DNA of 64,000 nt, from contig JAHLTZ010000026.1 of NCBI GenBank assembly GCA_025786725.1, positions 310,001 to 374,000 of the forward strand. The letters are read 5' to 3'. The notes under the pieces are model-generated. The model did not search any database. It worked only from the letters and a program-made list of their open reading frames with translations, and was not told the origin of the DNA. Below, piece after piece: positions 1 through 14,059 of this stretch. Made by a program: the position numbers and the translations under genes. Each line of letters opens with the position of its first letter. Position 1 is the stretch's first letter. This DNA is from Syncephalis fuscata S228 (lineage: Eukaryota > Fungi > Zoopagomycota).

Positions 1-301
1 ATTCAAATATTGTATTAGTACTAATCTAAAACACACTTATACAAGGCTATTATATGTTTTTAATATAATTAAAACTAACAAGCAAATGTTTATTTGTAAT
101 TGTTTCGATCATATAACCCAACAGTGCTCTAATATTAGTTACCTGTTATGCAGAAAACGTAAAAAATTTAATAAAATGTAACCATGTTCAATGACTTAAA
201 AAAATGCCGCTTGCTTTAGATGTACAATAGTTGAGCATACTGTAAAAGCTGTCTAAATATTAGTCAGTCATGTACTACTATGATAATAAAGTGTTAATAC
301 C

Positions 302-716
302 AATGATCGGAGTGAAGAAAGTGAATAGCAAAAAAGAGTAATGCAAGAGAGTAATGCAAATAGTGTTATACTTGACTAGTAGTCAGTCAACTACTGGTAC
401 TATCTAAATAGCATATATGAAGTGCACAAGTATATGTAGTGAATATATGCTATCAAGTGTAAAGAAAGAGAAAGAAAATGTGATGACGTAGATTGTGAGA
501 TGTGGGCCTGTCAGTCAATATTTATAAACAGCGAGTTTGACTTATTAATAAATGGTGTAAATAATAAAAGTCAATCTACCCAACATGTGTACATCATAGA
601 ACAGATTATAGTAAAGGAATAAATGCATCAAGAATAAAAGTCATTTGACACCAAAACTACTCATTATTATAGAACATATATTCAGTATAATGGCGAATGT
701 ATTAAAAGAATAAAAA
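302..716. repeat. ~415-bp dispersed direct repeat, copy 1 (copy 2 at ~6170-6600)
   Basis: Long shared blocks with 6170-6600, e.g. aatgatcggagt, actagtagtcagtcaactactg, atatatgctatcaagtgtaaagaaagagaaag, aaatgtgatgacgtagattgtgagatgtg, aaaactactcattattata…gcgaatgtattaaaagaataaaa. Confidence 0.9.
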
Positions 717-810
717 TCATTTACACCCAAAAAACACTCATCATCATAGAACATGTTGTCAGTATAATAGCGAATGTATTAAAAGAATAAAAGCCATTTG
801 ACACCAAAAC
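630..810. repeat. tandem repeat, ~77-bp unit, ~2.3 copies
   Basis: aagaataaaa(g/a)(t/c)catt…acac…aaaa recurs at ~630, ~707 and ~783. Confidence 0.8.
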
Positions 811-959
811 CATTAAAATAAAACGATGATTTATATACTAAATAAAATATTTACAATATTTATTGGTAACATACAGGTAATGAATAGATGATGTAAAGCA
901 ACTAAGTATATTAGATAGTTAGCATTATGATTTGATTGATTGTTAATAAGTTCTTACCT

Positions 960-3354
960 TTAACTAATATGCACCTTTATTGAGGCGGCATTTTCGGAGA
1001 GAATTGACCGTTTGGCAGCACCTTGTGATTTGTATTTTGAGTAGCATCGGCGTTTTAGGCGGCGTCGCTGTAAAAGCTTAGGCGCTAGCCGCTGCTTCTT
1101 TGTTGTTGGCCCAGATGCTGCTTGTGTTGGTGGTGATGGTGTTGTTATTGGTGGTGGTGATGGCATTGGTGTTGTTATTGGCGTCGTTGGTGGTGGTGGT
1201 GGTGTTGTTGATGCTTCTGGCTCTTCTTCATTTAAAGAAACAACATTAAGTGGTGCAGCCGCATCCACTTGTTCTTCCTCCTCATCAAACCAGTGACAAG
1301 CCAGCGCGTCTTTTGCTGTACAACGCGTGCTACCATCAATGGTCAGTAGCCGCGTTATTAAATCAATAGCTACGCAATGTTAGTTATTGCTAATAAATAA
1401 ATATTTAACTTACCTTTATCGCTAGAATGATTTCCTTGTTTAAAACCAAACGGTGTATTTAATACATCTTTCAAGTACCCAAAAACACCATGCCAATTAT
1501 CATAAGGATAATGGCCTAATTGCAGCATAAAATAGTTAGTATGGTAGTTTGTTTTTGTTTGCATTTACCTGTTAACAACTCATAGAACATTACACCTAGG
1601 CTCCACATGTCAATGGGCGTGACATACCCACTGACAGTTGACGAGTTTAGCTGGTTGTGAAACTCATGATCCTCATTGCCTAGTGCAATTGACAATAGAT
1701 TTTGTCGCATAGTCGATGCCAACACCACTTCGGGTGCTATATATGGCACCGTGCCACCACAAACATACGACATGGAAGGCTGTATAAACCGAGCCAATCC
1801 AAAGTCCGTATATACGACTTTAGGGCGCTCAGAGTCCGCAACCAATAAAATGTTATGAGGCTATTTAATCGTTATTAATGACGCGTAATATTAAATAAAT
1901 AAATTACCTTGATGTCTAATTATGTGATAATAATAGCAATCATTAACAATTGTATTGCAGATAAATGAATGTACTTACCACCATGCGCAATATTCAGACT
2001 GTGTAAAATCTAATGCATTATTAGCTTTTTATTATTAATTTATAATAATACTTACCAAAACACCTTCGAAAAGTTGTTTAAAGATATGTTTTACTTCCAT
2101 CTCTGGAAGTGGGCCATGGCGGCGAACATATCTGGCTAGATCGCCACCTGCCATGTACGGGAGGACTATGTACACATTATGAGCAGTGTATCGCTCATCC
2201 AAATACATTACAAAATGAGGATAGCCTTTTATACTACGTAAGGCATTGATCTCATTTATAATGGATTCTTCGTTATTACGACGTGCTACAATCTTTACTG
2301 CAACACGTTGACCTGTGTTGCGGTCCAATGCCAGACGCACTGCACCAAAGCCGCCTCTGTTACAAATAGTTGGTTGGTTATCTAGTTATTTTATTTAGTC
2401 TAACTACTTACTTGCCAAGAAAATCATTGGTGATTTTATAACGTCGGTGAACGTTCTATAATAGCAATAGCAGTGTTATTTTGGTATCTGATTGTATTTG
2501 TAATCTTACCTCGATATACTCTGAACTAAGTTCTTCTGGCACAATAGTGGCCAGTTTAAGGCTGTACACAGTAAATGTGGCTGCAATGTATAATTAATAA
2601 TGATAATAATAATGATAATAATAATTAATACTTACTTTTACAACCTGGTACCTTAATAAAGCATTTATCGGTATCTTGATCTACTTCGTTTTGAACTACC
2701 TTATGGTCATTCACTAAATTAAACGTTAATAATTTGATTTCTATTACTTATTAAAACTTACTCATTAAAGTCGGCAATCCCATGTTCTAATTTACTAGTT
2801 AGTAATAAAAATGTTAAATATTATTACTTACCGTGCATGAGACTGTTGTATGGTCCTATGATGATTCATAGTTAATGATTAGTTATTAAAGTGTATGATA
2901 TACTTACTGCCGATACTGCAAAGCAGACCTGTGGCATATCAGCCACACTTAACTGGTAGTCACTATTGAAGATTTGGCATATGTTAGTTCGCTACTATAC
3001 ATAAGTTTATTGTTACTTACCACTGTTGGTCGGCACCAACAATGAACTCTTGGTTAGCCATCAAAATGAATTCTAAGCAGCTATTATTTAGATACATATA
3101 CGTTTAGTATCATTCCAACATACTTGAGGCTCTTCTCCATATACTTCAAGCCAGCATACAGCGCTATTGCGCTTTTCTTGCGTCAAAGCATCCCAGCAAA
3201 CCGGAATCTTTGCGTAGAATGCTTTGCCATTGCCTAAAAGGCCCGATGGCAAGGTGGCGGTAGAAAGAGCCGCGACAGGCGAGGCTGAGCGTGAGTTTAA
3301 GGAGGTGGACTCAGAAGCTGGAGTCGCCGCTTGCTGATTGTTTGAAGGATTCAT
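960..3354 (-). CDS. multi-exon Ser/Thr protein kinase with degenerate N-terminal FHA-like region (Chk2/Rad53/Dun1-like architecture) and Pro/Thr-rich, basic C-tail
   Basis: Gly-rich loop (…GGFGAV), VAVK, GGDL, spliced catalytic loop ILHSLNIAHG|DIK|PHNILL (exons 1979-2009, 1908-1915), DFGLA, GTVPYIAPE, DMWSLG, DLITRLL…RCTAKDAL. The exon 1/2 junction phase does not match cleanly (possible indel). Confidence 0.85.
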
Positions 3355-6169
3355 GGTTGTAAGATATCAAGTAAAAACAATGGAAATGAGCAATTGTTTA
3401 AAGCAAAGAAACAAAAGATGAAAGTGTAATAGCGACAATGCTTAAAATAAAATATATGTTTGGCCCACGTTAATAGTGCCATCTGTTTTTTCAAATAACT
3501 GTAACAATAAATTGCATTAATTTAAATACATTTATAATAGTATAATATCAGTCAGTATTGAAGATAATATAACGATAGTATACTTTATTGTACAATAATA
3601 GCATTATACTTGTAGTATGTTCTGCTTACTGATGCATAGTTCAGCCTTAGGTTGTATAGCAAACTATTGTGCATATCGGTATTTGCATAGTCACTTGGCT
3701 AAGCATGCATGTGCCACATCATACTGGTTTTCATGTTGGCCTTTGCAGTCGATATGGTTACGTGTTTATTCCTGCTTTTACTTCACAACTTTAACGGACT
3801 TTGTAATGTAATATGAACAACGTGTATTTTATTTCTATTTAGTAGCATTGAAACTCAATCGGTGAATTATTTTATAGACCATATTTCTAAAGAAAAGTAG
3901 TCATTTTTATTTAACTAATACAGTAATAAATTGTGTGGATCGACTGATTTAATTGTGTGCGAAATGGCAAGAATACTTGGGGGAAAGTGAAAATACCCGC
4001 TAGATCCTGACAATATTGATAGCATCGGAAAGAGCCGCTATTATAGTGGTACAACTGATTAAGAATGGTCGCATTTGGCTATGTTTCAGTTGCATTGGCC
4101 AATTGATTCAACTAGCCAGTGTAGATATGCTGATTATGCGCGGAAATGACTGGCAAATGGAAGGCAAAAAGTGAGCAAATAGGGAAATAAGGAAGGGATT
4201 ATAATCCAATATACTGATAAGATGGTATCTGACATTAGAAGGTTTCAGTCAGTTGCAATACGCCAATGAGCAGTTGTTACATACTATTTACCAATATTGT
4301 TCATTCTAATTGGTAGATATGTTTTGGGGCAATTTTATAAGGTTGTGCTGAGATTACTTTTGCTCATTACCTCGCCTTCTTCTGTTTCCAGTTGTTACTG
4401 TGCTGTAAGCCGTTTGTTAATGGTCAGCACCAAATCTAATAGTTACATCCGGTGGTGTGTGGTCCTCTTGTTGGTTGATCACGAATACTGTGTTCTTGCT
4501 TTTGAGCTGTGTTGAATGTGCAATACAGTATTTGCAGACTATTGTGTTATACTAGCTCAGCAATTATATGGCTACCCGTAATAGGCGGCTGTATACTAGT
4601 GTAATGCGGAGACATGTGGGATAACAGGGCGTGCAGTAGCAGTATTTAGCAAGTCAACATTGCTACACGCTCCCCTCATGTGGATGCGGCGACCTGTGAT
4701 GGGTGGCTATATGTTAGTGCTCATTTGTTTGTAATGCGCACTGGAGGTGTGTGGCAGTATTCAACTTGCTGAACACTGCCATCACACACTAGATTGGTGT
4801 GGTATGTGGATCATTTGTGATGAATGCCACATATCAACTACTGTTTACTTGTGGATGTTGTTAAAGGAATCACGATAGCGTTAGCCTAAATGTCATCTAT
4901 AAAAAAAGTTGCTGAACGATGTACCATAGAAGCATTGCGTCATCACACGGGGCTAGTGACTAAATTTAGATGATATTTCTGCGGCTGGCTACAACGTGGC
5001 AAAAGCTGCGCTATTTTGCGACTTTAATAACATATCAGTATTTGACATGTGTTGTTTAGTTGTAATGTGCTGTAGTGTTCGTATGCGTTTGGCTTTTGCG
5101 CACTAACTACAATTGGGTGAACCAGTAGTTTAGTAACGCATGTTACCGCACTTGCATTACTACATCATATTATAACACTATTAAGCGGCATAGTCATCTT
5201 GTTGGTGGCTAGTAAAAGCTATGTGCATCTGACAAATGTTACTTACGCCCAAGTCGTAGTATTGTCAGTACTCCAGGTGGACATATAGTTTCTTTATCGG
5301 CTGCTATCACGATTAACAACTTTAACAACATTTCTAATCTATTTATAAAATTGTATAACAAATAATAATAATATCCAGACAACAATCACATTACATGTGC
5401 ACCATAAATTACATATGAACAACGACCAACTAATTGTATAATATTTCATTACTACTAAACAACACTAACAAACATTGTTATAGTCATTCAAATATTGGCG
5501 CCAGTTCGGCAAATACACCTGAATACACTTATCACCATTTATCATCATTTTTGCATGTAATTTACAATACCAATTATTGCCTTCGTTGGCACAAGTATCA
5601 ACAGTAGTATTATGCATTGTTGTTGATACTATCACTTGACATGGTTTTCCAAACGGAGGGGATATATATTCATTTGGTTTTTTATCCAGTCAAGTTTTAA
5701 TTGGTATTATTACACACCTTTTAACTGTGTTGGTTAAATAAATGAGATGATATTGGCAACAAAAAAGTATATATATTTACATTAAACTGAAATGATTTCA
5801 ATAAAGAAATGTATGGCGTGTTTATCAAAGCGACATCATCTTATTGCAATACCTTTTGCTGTTGTTTATTTAATACTATGCTTAGTATTTGCTTTAAGAT
5901 TAAAGTGCCATTATTTATTTGATTAGAAGAGCTGTTGATACTTGAATAGCTAAATTGCAATCACACTCGATATATCTACACACTATCTATTTAAACAATA
6001 ACATTAATAATTTATTTTGTTTATTATTTTATACATTTCTTTTATTATTGAATTTCTATCAAACAATCAAATCATTCAAGCACATTAGGTATTTTTACAT
6101 CATATATTCAACATAACATAAAACAAAGCTAAAAAATCCATTTATTGCGTCAATGAAGGTACCAATACT

Positions 6170-6600
6170 AATGATCGGAGTAATGAAAGTGAATTGTAAA
6201 AAAGACAGATTACAAAAGGGCAATGCAAGTACATAGTGTAAATAGTTTTGTACATAACTAGTAGTCAGTCAACTACTGACATCATCTATACATTATATAT
6301 AAAGTGTACAAGTATATACTATGGATATATGCTATCAAGTGTAAAGAAAGAGAAAGGAAATGTGATGACGTAGATTGTGAGATGTGAGCCTGTCAGTCAA
6401 TATTTATAAACAATGAGTTTAATTGATTAATAAATGGTGTAAATAATAAAAGTCGATCTACCCAACATGTCAGTACATCATAGAACAGATTAATAGTAAA
6501 TGAATAAACGCATTAAGAATAAAAGTCATTTACTTTCAAAACTACTCATTATTATAAAACATATATTCAGTATAATAGCGAATGTATTAAAAGAATAAAA
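6170..6600. repeat. dispersed direct repeat, copy 2 (of 302-716)
   Basis: See copy 1; same orientation, ~5.87 kb apart. Confidence 0.9.
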
Positions 6601-6835
6601 GTTATTATTATAGACTATATTTATAATTAAACTAATGAAACAGCGCCAACACATTTTAGAAGCTTAGTAATGGTCTACTAGCTTAAATAAATAACATTAA
6701 ACATGTTTAACTAATGCATATTGTTAAATAGTAATGTTTAATTTTTATCAGCTAATTAATAGGATTGGGGTAATATTGGTTATATATAACCATCATAGTA
6801 ATAATAATATGTTCAATTGGATTATATCTATTGTT

Positions 6836-8252
6836 TCAGTTACGCAATAAAGATACGACTACCGCTGCCACCGATAAACCGACTAAAACGCGCAATCCAG
6901 GACTGGTTGCTCGGGGATTAACATCTAATCGGCGACGTCGAAATCGATCTAAATCGCGCTGTATTTGCTTTTTCTCTTGTGCTATACGTTCAGAGCGACG
7001 GCGATCCTCGCGAAGTGCTTCTTTAGCGGATGGCCCTTCTATATCAATGTGATCAGTATCTTGTACATTATTATCGGCTGGTGCACTAATCATCTGCTCA
7101 ACATTTGTGCCCAAATATTTTTCTTCGGGCGACAATTCGACTAGTAACCACTTATGATCAGATGCTGAGTAATCGTGATTGCCCATCCGTTTTGCTTCAA
7201 GTTCCCAGCCAAGTAATAGCGTCCAGTCAAGCTTTCCTTGATACAAGCCACAGTATGCCTTGTTACGTAGTGTAATATCACTAGCTGTGTCCCATGGGTC
7301 CCAGAAGCCAGGGTTTCTTGTTGCGCGTATAGCTGGCTCAGAAAATCCGCCTTCGCGCTCTAAGAAAAGATTACGCGGGCCGTCTTCGCAGTGCCATGCA
7401 AATACATGCCGATCCCACCATTGCGCCTCGCTGTAACCGAATGAACGCCAGCGGTATTTATCGCGGCAATAACGTGAAGATAACCGTGCAATTGAGTGTG
7501 CCATCGTATTAAGATCGCCACATATAAGCTGGCGTGTGTGTGTGTAGCGATGTGCCGTTGCATCAGCCAATATATCGGAAAATTGAGTAACTCGGCCAAT
7601 AATGCCACAGAATACTTCCAAATGCACGCTATAGCATAAAACGGGTGCTTCTCCTGGAAATAAATTAATTTCTGCTGCCAAAGTGTATCGTCTAATGGCC
7701 CATTAATACTCGCTTAGATTTACGTTCTTCACAGAACTTACCGTCCACGCCTTGGCTCTCTTAAACTCATGCCTTCTCGTTCCCAGTTAACTGGATGGTG
7801 TGTATGATTAAGCACGCGGAACTCGGCATCCAATTTTGTAAGAATTGCATTACCATGGACACCACCGCCTTGATCTCTTGGGGATCTTACTACGCTTTCC
7901 AGCTCCTCGTATTCACATACAAATCCTGCACGCATCTGCAGAGCTTTGGCCAGTTCATGCAGGTGGTTACGCGAGCCGCTTCGTTTACAATTGATATCAA
8001 TTTCCTACCAAACATTGGTTAGTATCTATACCACTAACAAATTTTACTATCGTCTACCTGTAGACAAGCAATATCTGGGTCTATTTCCCGAATTATTTCA
8101 ATAATACGACCTGCTTCATAATTACGTTCTACATTCCATTGCAGTACGCGAAGTGGTCGGAATGAAGTGGGTGCTGGTATTGGTGTCGCCGAACTTGGTC
8201 GATAGTCATATACAAGCAGTGTGCCAGGTGCTGGTAAGCTGGTCGAGGTCAT
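6836..8252 (-). CDS. endonuclease/exonuclease/phosphatase (EEP, DNase I-like) family protein with C-terminal hydrophobic anchor
   Basis: 3 exons (8252-8058, 8004-7742, ~7691-6836); motifs RVLQWNVE, DPDIACLQE, GNAILTK, YSVHLE, ICGDLNT, KLDW, ASDH. Confidence 0.85.
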
Positions 8253-10733
8253 GTTTAGCGAATGTATAAAAGTGCTGCTATTTAATATAAGATGAGAATA
8301 AAAACAAGAACATATGTGGCGGAGTTTGCTATTCCAGCCTATTTCATGTGGCTGAAAATTGACAAGCTACCAATAACATGTTTTATTCCTCGTTTCATTA
8401 TATTGAATAAAACAGCTTTATTACATGTACTTGGATTCTAATTTACACTTCTAAACTTCGTATTTAAGTTTTAGAATGATGCATTAGATTTCCCAATAAA
8501 GGAATAACTAATGTACTGACAAAAATGCAATAGATATTGATTTTGAAAGAGCTACTAACTTAAAGCCATCAGTTTATCGTAACTATATTTGGTAATCTTT
8601 ATTATCCAAATCCTCCTATTCTTACACACTTTTTACAATTATAAAGCTAAAGCCATTCATATACTTTTATCCCATTCATTTTTTATTAAACAGTATATAT
8701 ATATATTACTACACAGTTGCATAGGTACAAATAGTTTTAGTCTTTCATTTAATATAAATTTGTTATTGTGCTTTTAAATATTCATTACATTGCAATTCCG
8801 TATTACAATATAATTGTTATAATGGAATACAACACATATTTTGTGTTTGATTAGTAAACACAATATTGTTTAGCGTTTTAGTTGTACACTTATTAGCTCC
8901 GATTTGTAAAAAAAATCAACACTTATCACTGTATATTCACTATATTGTATATCAATTTATTGTCTAATAGCTACGCGTTATCTATTGCAGCTGTTCTTTT
9001 GATTCTAACTGTATTATTGATAGAGTTCAGTTAAGCTCACTTGTCAATCTATATACGCAGTAGCCTCAACGCAGCTAATTGTCAATTTAGTTTGTATATT
9101 ATTTATAATATTCTATTGCTTTATTATATAAGAGCTACGAGCTGTACAAAAACGTTATCCGTTTGGCTCTAAATATATTAATAAAAAGTTCGGCTTATTT
9201 TTCTTACTGTGCTCATTAAACTGTATGTATTTGAAAGCTATATGCAATAGTATGGAATAGAATGAAAACGATATAGGTGAATAAAGTATATATGTGTACT
9301 GGATAACAAATCTATAATGGCGAGTATTTAATTGCTAACATCAATCACCACCTAGTTCTATATTCAATATACCAACTATGTGGTTAAATTATGCAGATGT
9401 TGAATATATTCATTTGACCTATAAACAATAATAAATAGTCAATAGTTTGTATAATAATGTTAAATGACACCACATGTTATATTATTAACTAAACAGATTA
9501 TTGTTTTTAAGTAGAATAATGTAACTGTATCAAATATAAATTATGCAAATAAAAGCTAAAATCATTATTAATAAATGGCATACTTATTTGCTATTTGAAA
9601 CTTGAAGGTAGCACATTAATACATAGCAGATACTATTTATAAATGTTATGCGTCGTGTTAGACTAAATGTGATTAGTGTGCAGCTATTGATTGACCAATT
9701 TCAACATTTTTCGTAAACTATTAGTTGCATCACAATTAGCAGGAAAGCTTAAAAATATGTTTGTTTAATTGGTTGTAAGTTCGGCGCAAATAATAATGCT
9801 TCAACTAAACGTACTTAGGGATGATAATAGCATTTTTACTCATTCAACAACACAAAGAAATGAGATAAGCATTCAGAGGACATTAAAATGCCTCTTATTA
9901 CAAGTAACTTCATATTGTCTGCCAACAACATCGATAAACGATCAACTTTGCGTTTGTCTGAATTTTCGAAAATAACAATTGTCTACCCGTGGTTTCGGTC
10001 AATAACATGACTTGCGATAACCTGTTGTTTGTATTACTTATTGTTTGTATTACTTATTGATGATCACTGTTGTGTTTAAGCCACCATAGGCCAAATTTAC
10101 TAAATACTAATAAAATATAGATGTAGTATTTAAATTATCTTATACTATCGTATTCAGTTACATATATATATATGTAAGTTATTCATTAAACAGTTTGATA
10201 ATACAAGAGCTATTTGACAGTATCTGTAATTTTTTAGTAAGTACAGAAGCCATATTATTGCTTTACAACAGGACTAGAGTAAACCTATGATCTGTTTATA
10301 CAGTTATGACAGGCAATGATTTTTATATAGGCACTTGCTCGTGTTTTTTAAACATCAGACTCGCCATCAATAAATCTTTAAAAACTTGACCATACAATAA
10401 AATCACGCCATAGAATAGGACTGTGATAACCGGGCAATATCATTGAGTGCAACATGTCATTGGTATTGCAAATTATCTAGTTAGCTTGACTAAATAGCTA
10501 CTTATTTTTTTAAAATAAAACAGCTTTCCAAATATAAATACTTGTATAAATATTCGTATTTCAATAGTACAATACTTATCATATTTACTTTGCTTTACTC
10601 TTCCCTGGAATAGCTAGTTACGACATAACACATCTTAAAAACTTGTTAACGTATTTTACGCAACCACCAACTGCTTTAGCCACTCTACATATCTAAGCTT
10701 AACAAGGCAAATTATTATTTTAAGTAATTCAAC

Positions 10734-11959
10734 ATGCAGCCACAAATCAGCGCTTTTATTTTATTAGCTTTAGCAGCAGCAGCTTACGTACATGCCGCAC
10801 CAGCCGAGTCAACATCTACCAATCGCTTCCCTTCTCTTCCATTCAAACATACCCAAATAAGCACCAATGGCTTTCCAATAACGAGAAAGGCGAAAGCTTT
10901 CACCTGATCCACAAGGAGTAGACCAGTAACCTGTGTGGCTGTCCGAATCGCAAGTTTGGGATATTGAAAAGACCCAACGTAAATTCATGAATGTTACTTT
11001 TCATCCAGATATGATGGAAAAAGCAAATACACTTCATCGTACTCAAAAGCTAAACGCTTTGAGTAAAGACATCCAAAGATTTGCTAGAAACTCGCCTGTC
11101 GTTTTTTTCCGTAAAAATCAGGTGGCTTCTATTGTCGCCAGTTGTAATACCAAGCTAATGAAAACAACGTTGAAGAAATTGGTAACTTTTTTTAATCGAC
11201 GTTACGATAGTAAACATGGAGCCAATGCATCCAAGTGGCTGCTTTCCAAAGTACAAGAAGTAGCTAAAACTGCCAAACCTGGAGTTGAGGTCAAAGTAAT
11301 TGAATTTAAGCATCCTTTTATTCAATTTTCAATCATTGCTCGAATTGAAGGTCAGAAAAACCAAGAAGAAGCGGTTATTATTGGTGCTCATCTGGACTCT
11401 ACCAATAGCAAGGATCATGCGGGTCGAGCTCCAGGTGCCGACGACGATGGATCCGGTACTGTGTCCAGCTTTGAAGCTTTCCGTGCTTTAATTGATTCTG
11501 GATTCAAGCCAAAACGTTCAATCGAATTTCACTGGTATGCTGGAGAAGAAGGCGGTTTTTTGGGATCACAGATGTTGCGTACAGCTACAGCAAGCTAATC
11601 GCAAAGTAGCAGGCATGCTGCAACTAGACATGACCGGCACGCCTGTCAAAGATCATCCGAACGAGATAGGCATCATTCCGATAACATTGATCCAAATCTT
11701 ACGATTACACTTAAAGAAATAATTAAACAATATTTGCCAGATGTCACCACCAAAGATGGTTTATGCGGCTACGGATGCTCGGACCATTATTCGTGGAATA
11801 TACGTGATTACCCGGCAGTTTTTTCTTTTGAGTCGGCCAGGTAAGCGATAATCGTAGAATTCATTCGGTTAAAGATACTATTGATCAGGTGAATTTTGAT
11901 CATGCACTTCGTTTTACTAAATAGCCGTAGTATTTGCAATTGAGTTATCACTTAAGTAA
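10734..11959 (+). pseudogene. secreted M28 leucine aminopeptidase (LAP1-like), intronless, several frameshifts (pseudogene or assembly indels)
   Basis: Signal peptide MQPQISAFILLALAAAAYVHA; IIGAHLDS, RAPGADDDGSG, FHWYAGEEGG, MLQLDMTG, CGYGCSDH and IHSVKDT distributed over different frames. Confidence 0.8.
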
Positions 11960-12583
11960 TTATGCATTGCTATTAGTATGAATAAAATTTGATTTTATTT
12001 ACTCAAAATGCTATAAAACATAACATGGCAGTTAGTGTAATCCTAGTACTCAGAAAAACCAACGGCAAAAGATTAAAATATCTGTGCTTAAAATGTTTTA
12101 TATCATATCAAAATAGTTTTAGTATTTAACAATAGCTGTAGTGTAAATATAATGTTATTAGACGAAAATTGTATAATTAATTAAATTTCTACGATTTTGC
12201 ATCTTTAATGAATATTTTATGTATATAACTGACAAAATTCAAGACCATTTAGCAACTGCCGCTCAGTTTATTTGCCTATTAAGCTTTATCCAATGCTCCG
12301 GTTTATCTATTATCAATAAGTCTGATCTATCGATGCTTATTCTTTTATCCAAGCTTATAGTGTAAACATATAATTTTATTTTAGTTATATTTGATCAAAC
12401 GATCATAACTATAACCATGTTTGATTTGCATCTAGTATTTACAAACATTAGTCAAGCAAGAGTATTAACATTATATTTGTAGAAAGATTACTCTGTTTAT
12501 TATCTATAGAGTAGCAAAAGAGCAGTATAATCCTATTAAACGAAACAAGCTATGATCACCCATGGTGACTATATCAGCACTAT

Positions 12584-13968
12584 TTATTTATGCGCTGAAT
12601 GCAGCGAATTATAATGCTCTCCCAATCCATAAGCATGGCGATGATAACTAATACAGGTTAATCGATACTAACTTTGTTAATAAACAAAGTTAGCTATATA
12701 AAGGATACGATATACGCAGTGGACGATCTGTCGAATATTCTTCGGATATTTTCATTACTGGCGCGCCCATTTGAACAATATGAACAGGCAATTGATAAAC
12801 GCGTGATAGTGCCAATATCTATCAATCCAATTGTTGTTGTTAGATAATGTAATATGTTTTAACTAATAGTCTAATAGCTATACCTCAGTATGTCCACCCC
12901 ATTCTGCCGTATTGGCCAATTGATTGCAATAATGATCAAATTCACCTAAAACAATTTAGCCCAGTAGTTCATATGATTTAATCATAGCAGCTTACTTTGA
13001 TCTAGCATATTGCCTTGTGCATTAGTAAGGAATGGGATGAATTCATCTTGATGTCCGCGCATAAACTGAGCCGCTTCTTGCCTTAATGTACGATAGTCAA
13101 CCTAAAAATAAATGAAAATTAGTTAGATGATTATTGCTGTTTTATTGCCAAATAGACTTGCCTTAATGCTATGCTGTACTTTTAATTGATCGGCCAGTGC
13201 ATTGTACAAACTATTATCGTTGTCATTTACATTAATCTATCTTATACTAGTAATAGCCTACCAATGTCCATCGGCAGTAACCTATTTATCATTTAATACT
13301 GCTTTGTCAATATCACTCATTCAAGTGTAATCCACTTACTTCCGTTAACGATAGCTTCATTGCGCCTAATAGCTCTGTAATTGCGGTCATTTCTACTTTT
13401 TGCATATCTACTTGCTGTGATGCTTCTGCCTCTGCTTCTTCTTCCATTCGCTTTAATTCAGCTTCTTTCTTTTCCTATAATAACACCATTAATCTACAAG
13501 TATTTTCTAGCAACACCCTTGTATCAACTTACTTTACGACGCTGCTGTTTACTCTTTTTTGGCTGGTTAGACGCAACTGCCGCCTCCACTTCTGCCGCTT
13601 CTTTTTTCTCTTCCGTCTCTTCCTGTTCCTAGTTTAAAACGGTGGTGTTGTCATTCCATTAAGCATCTAATACGACTAATGTACTGCCATACTAATAAAT
13701 GTTCTACTACTTACTATCGTTGCTTCTACAAATCTGTTTGGTCTGAATTAGCTCTATGACCGCCTTGCTGCCAATCTTCCTTTTCTTGTGCGTGACGTGT
13801 GTCAAGCTCTGCTTCTCGTCGCGCCATTTCTACTTGCACTTCTCTTTTTTGTTTCTTATCGCCCTTGGGTGCTGCTTTCTTCAACGCTGTCAGTTGTACT
13901 ACCAACTCACGCTGTTCACGACGATGACGCGCCTCCAATGCTTCAAATGTCTCTTGCTTTCCTTCCAT
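12584..13968 (-). CDS. OTU2: OTU-domain deubiquitinase (OTUD6B/Otu2-like)
   Basis: N-terminal 'EALEARHRREQREL' coiled coil; spliced VTADGHCLYNALADQL, WGGHTE, LSYHRHAYGLGEHYNSL. Confidence 0.88.
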
Positions 13969-14059
13969 AGCTATACCAATGCAATGTACGAGTGGTTTAC
14001 TAATTTTGAAACTACAAATAATGTAATAAAATACGCTATTTTATATCAATTATTTAATT

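Noticed and set aside
480-540. GTGATGA (box C-like) within the direct repeat
   Set aside because: No box D (CTGA) or terminal stem at a suitable distance.
4944-4958. ACACGGGGCT resembling RNase MRP CR-V
   Set aside because: Matching GAAAGUCCCC CR-I strand not found upstream.
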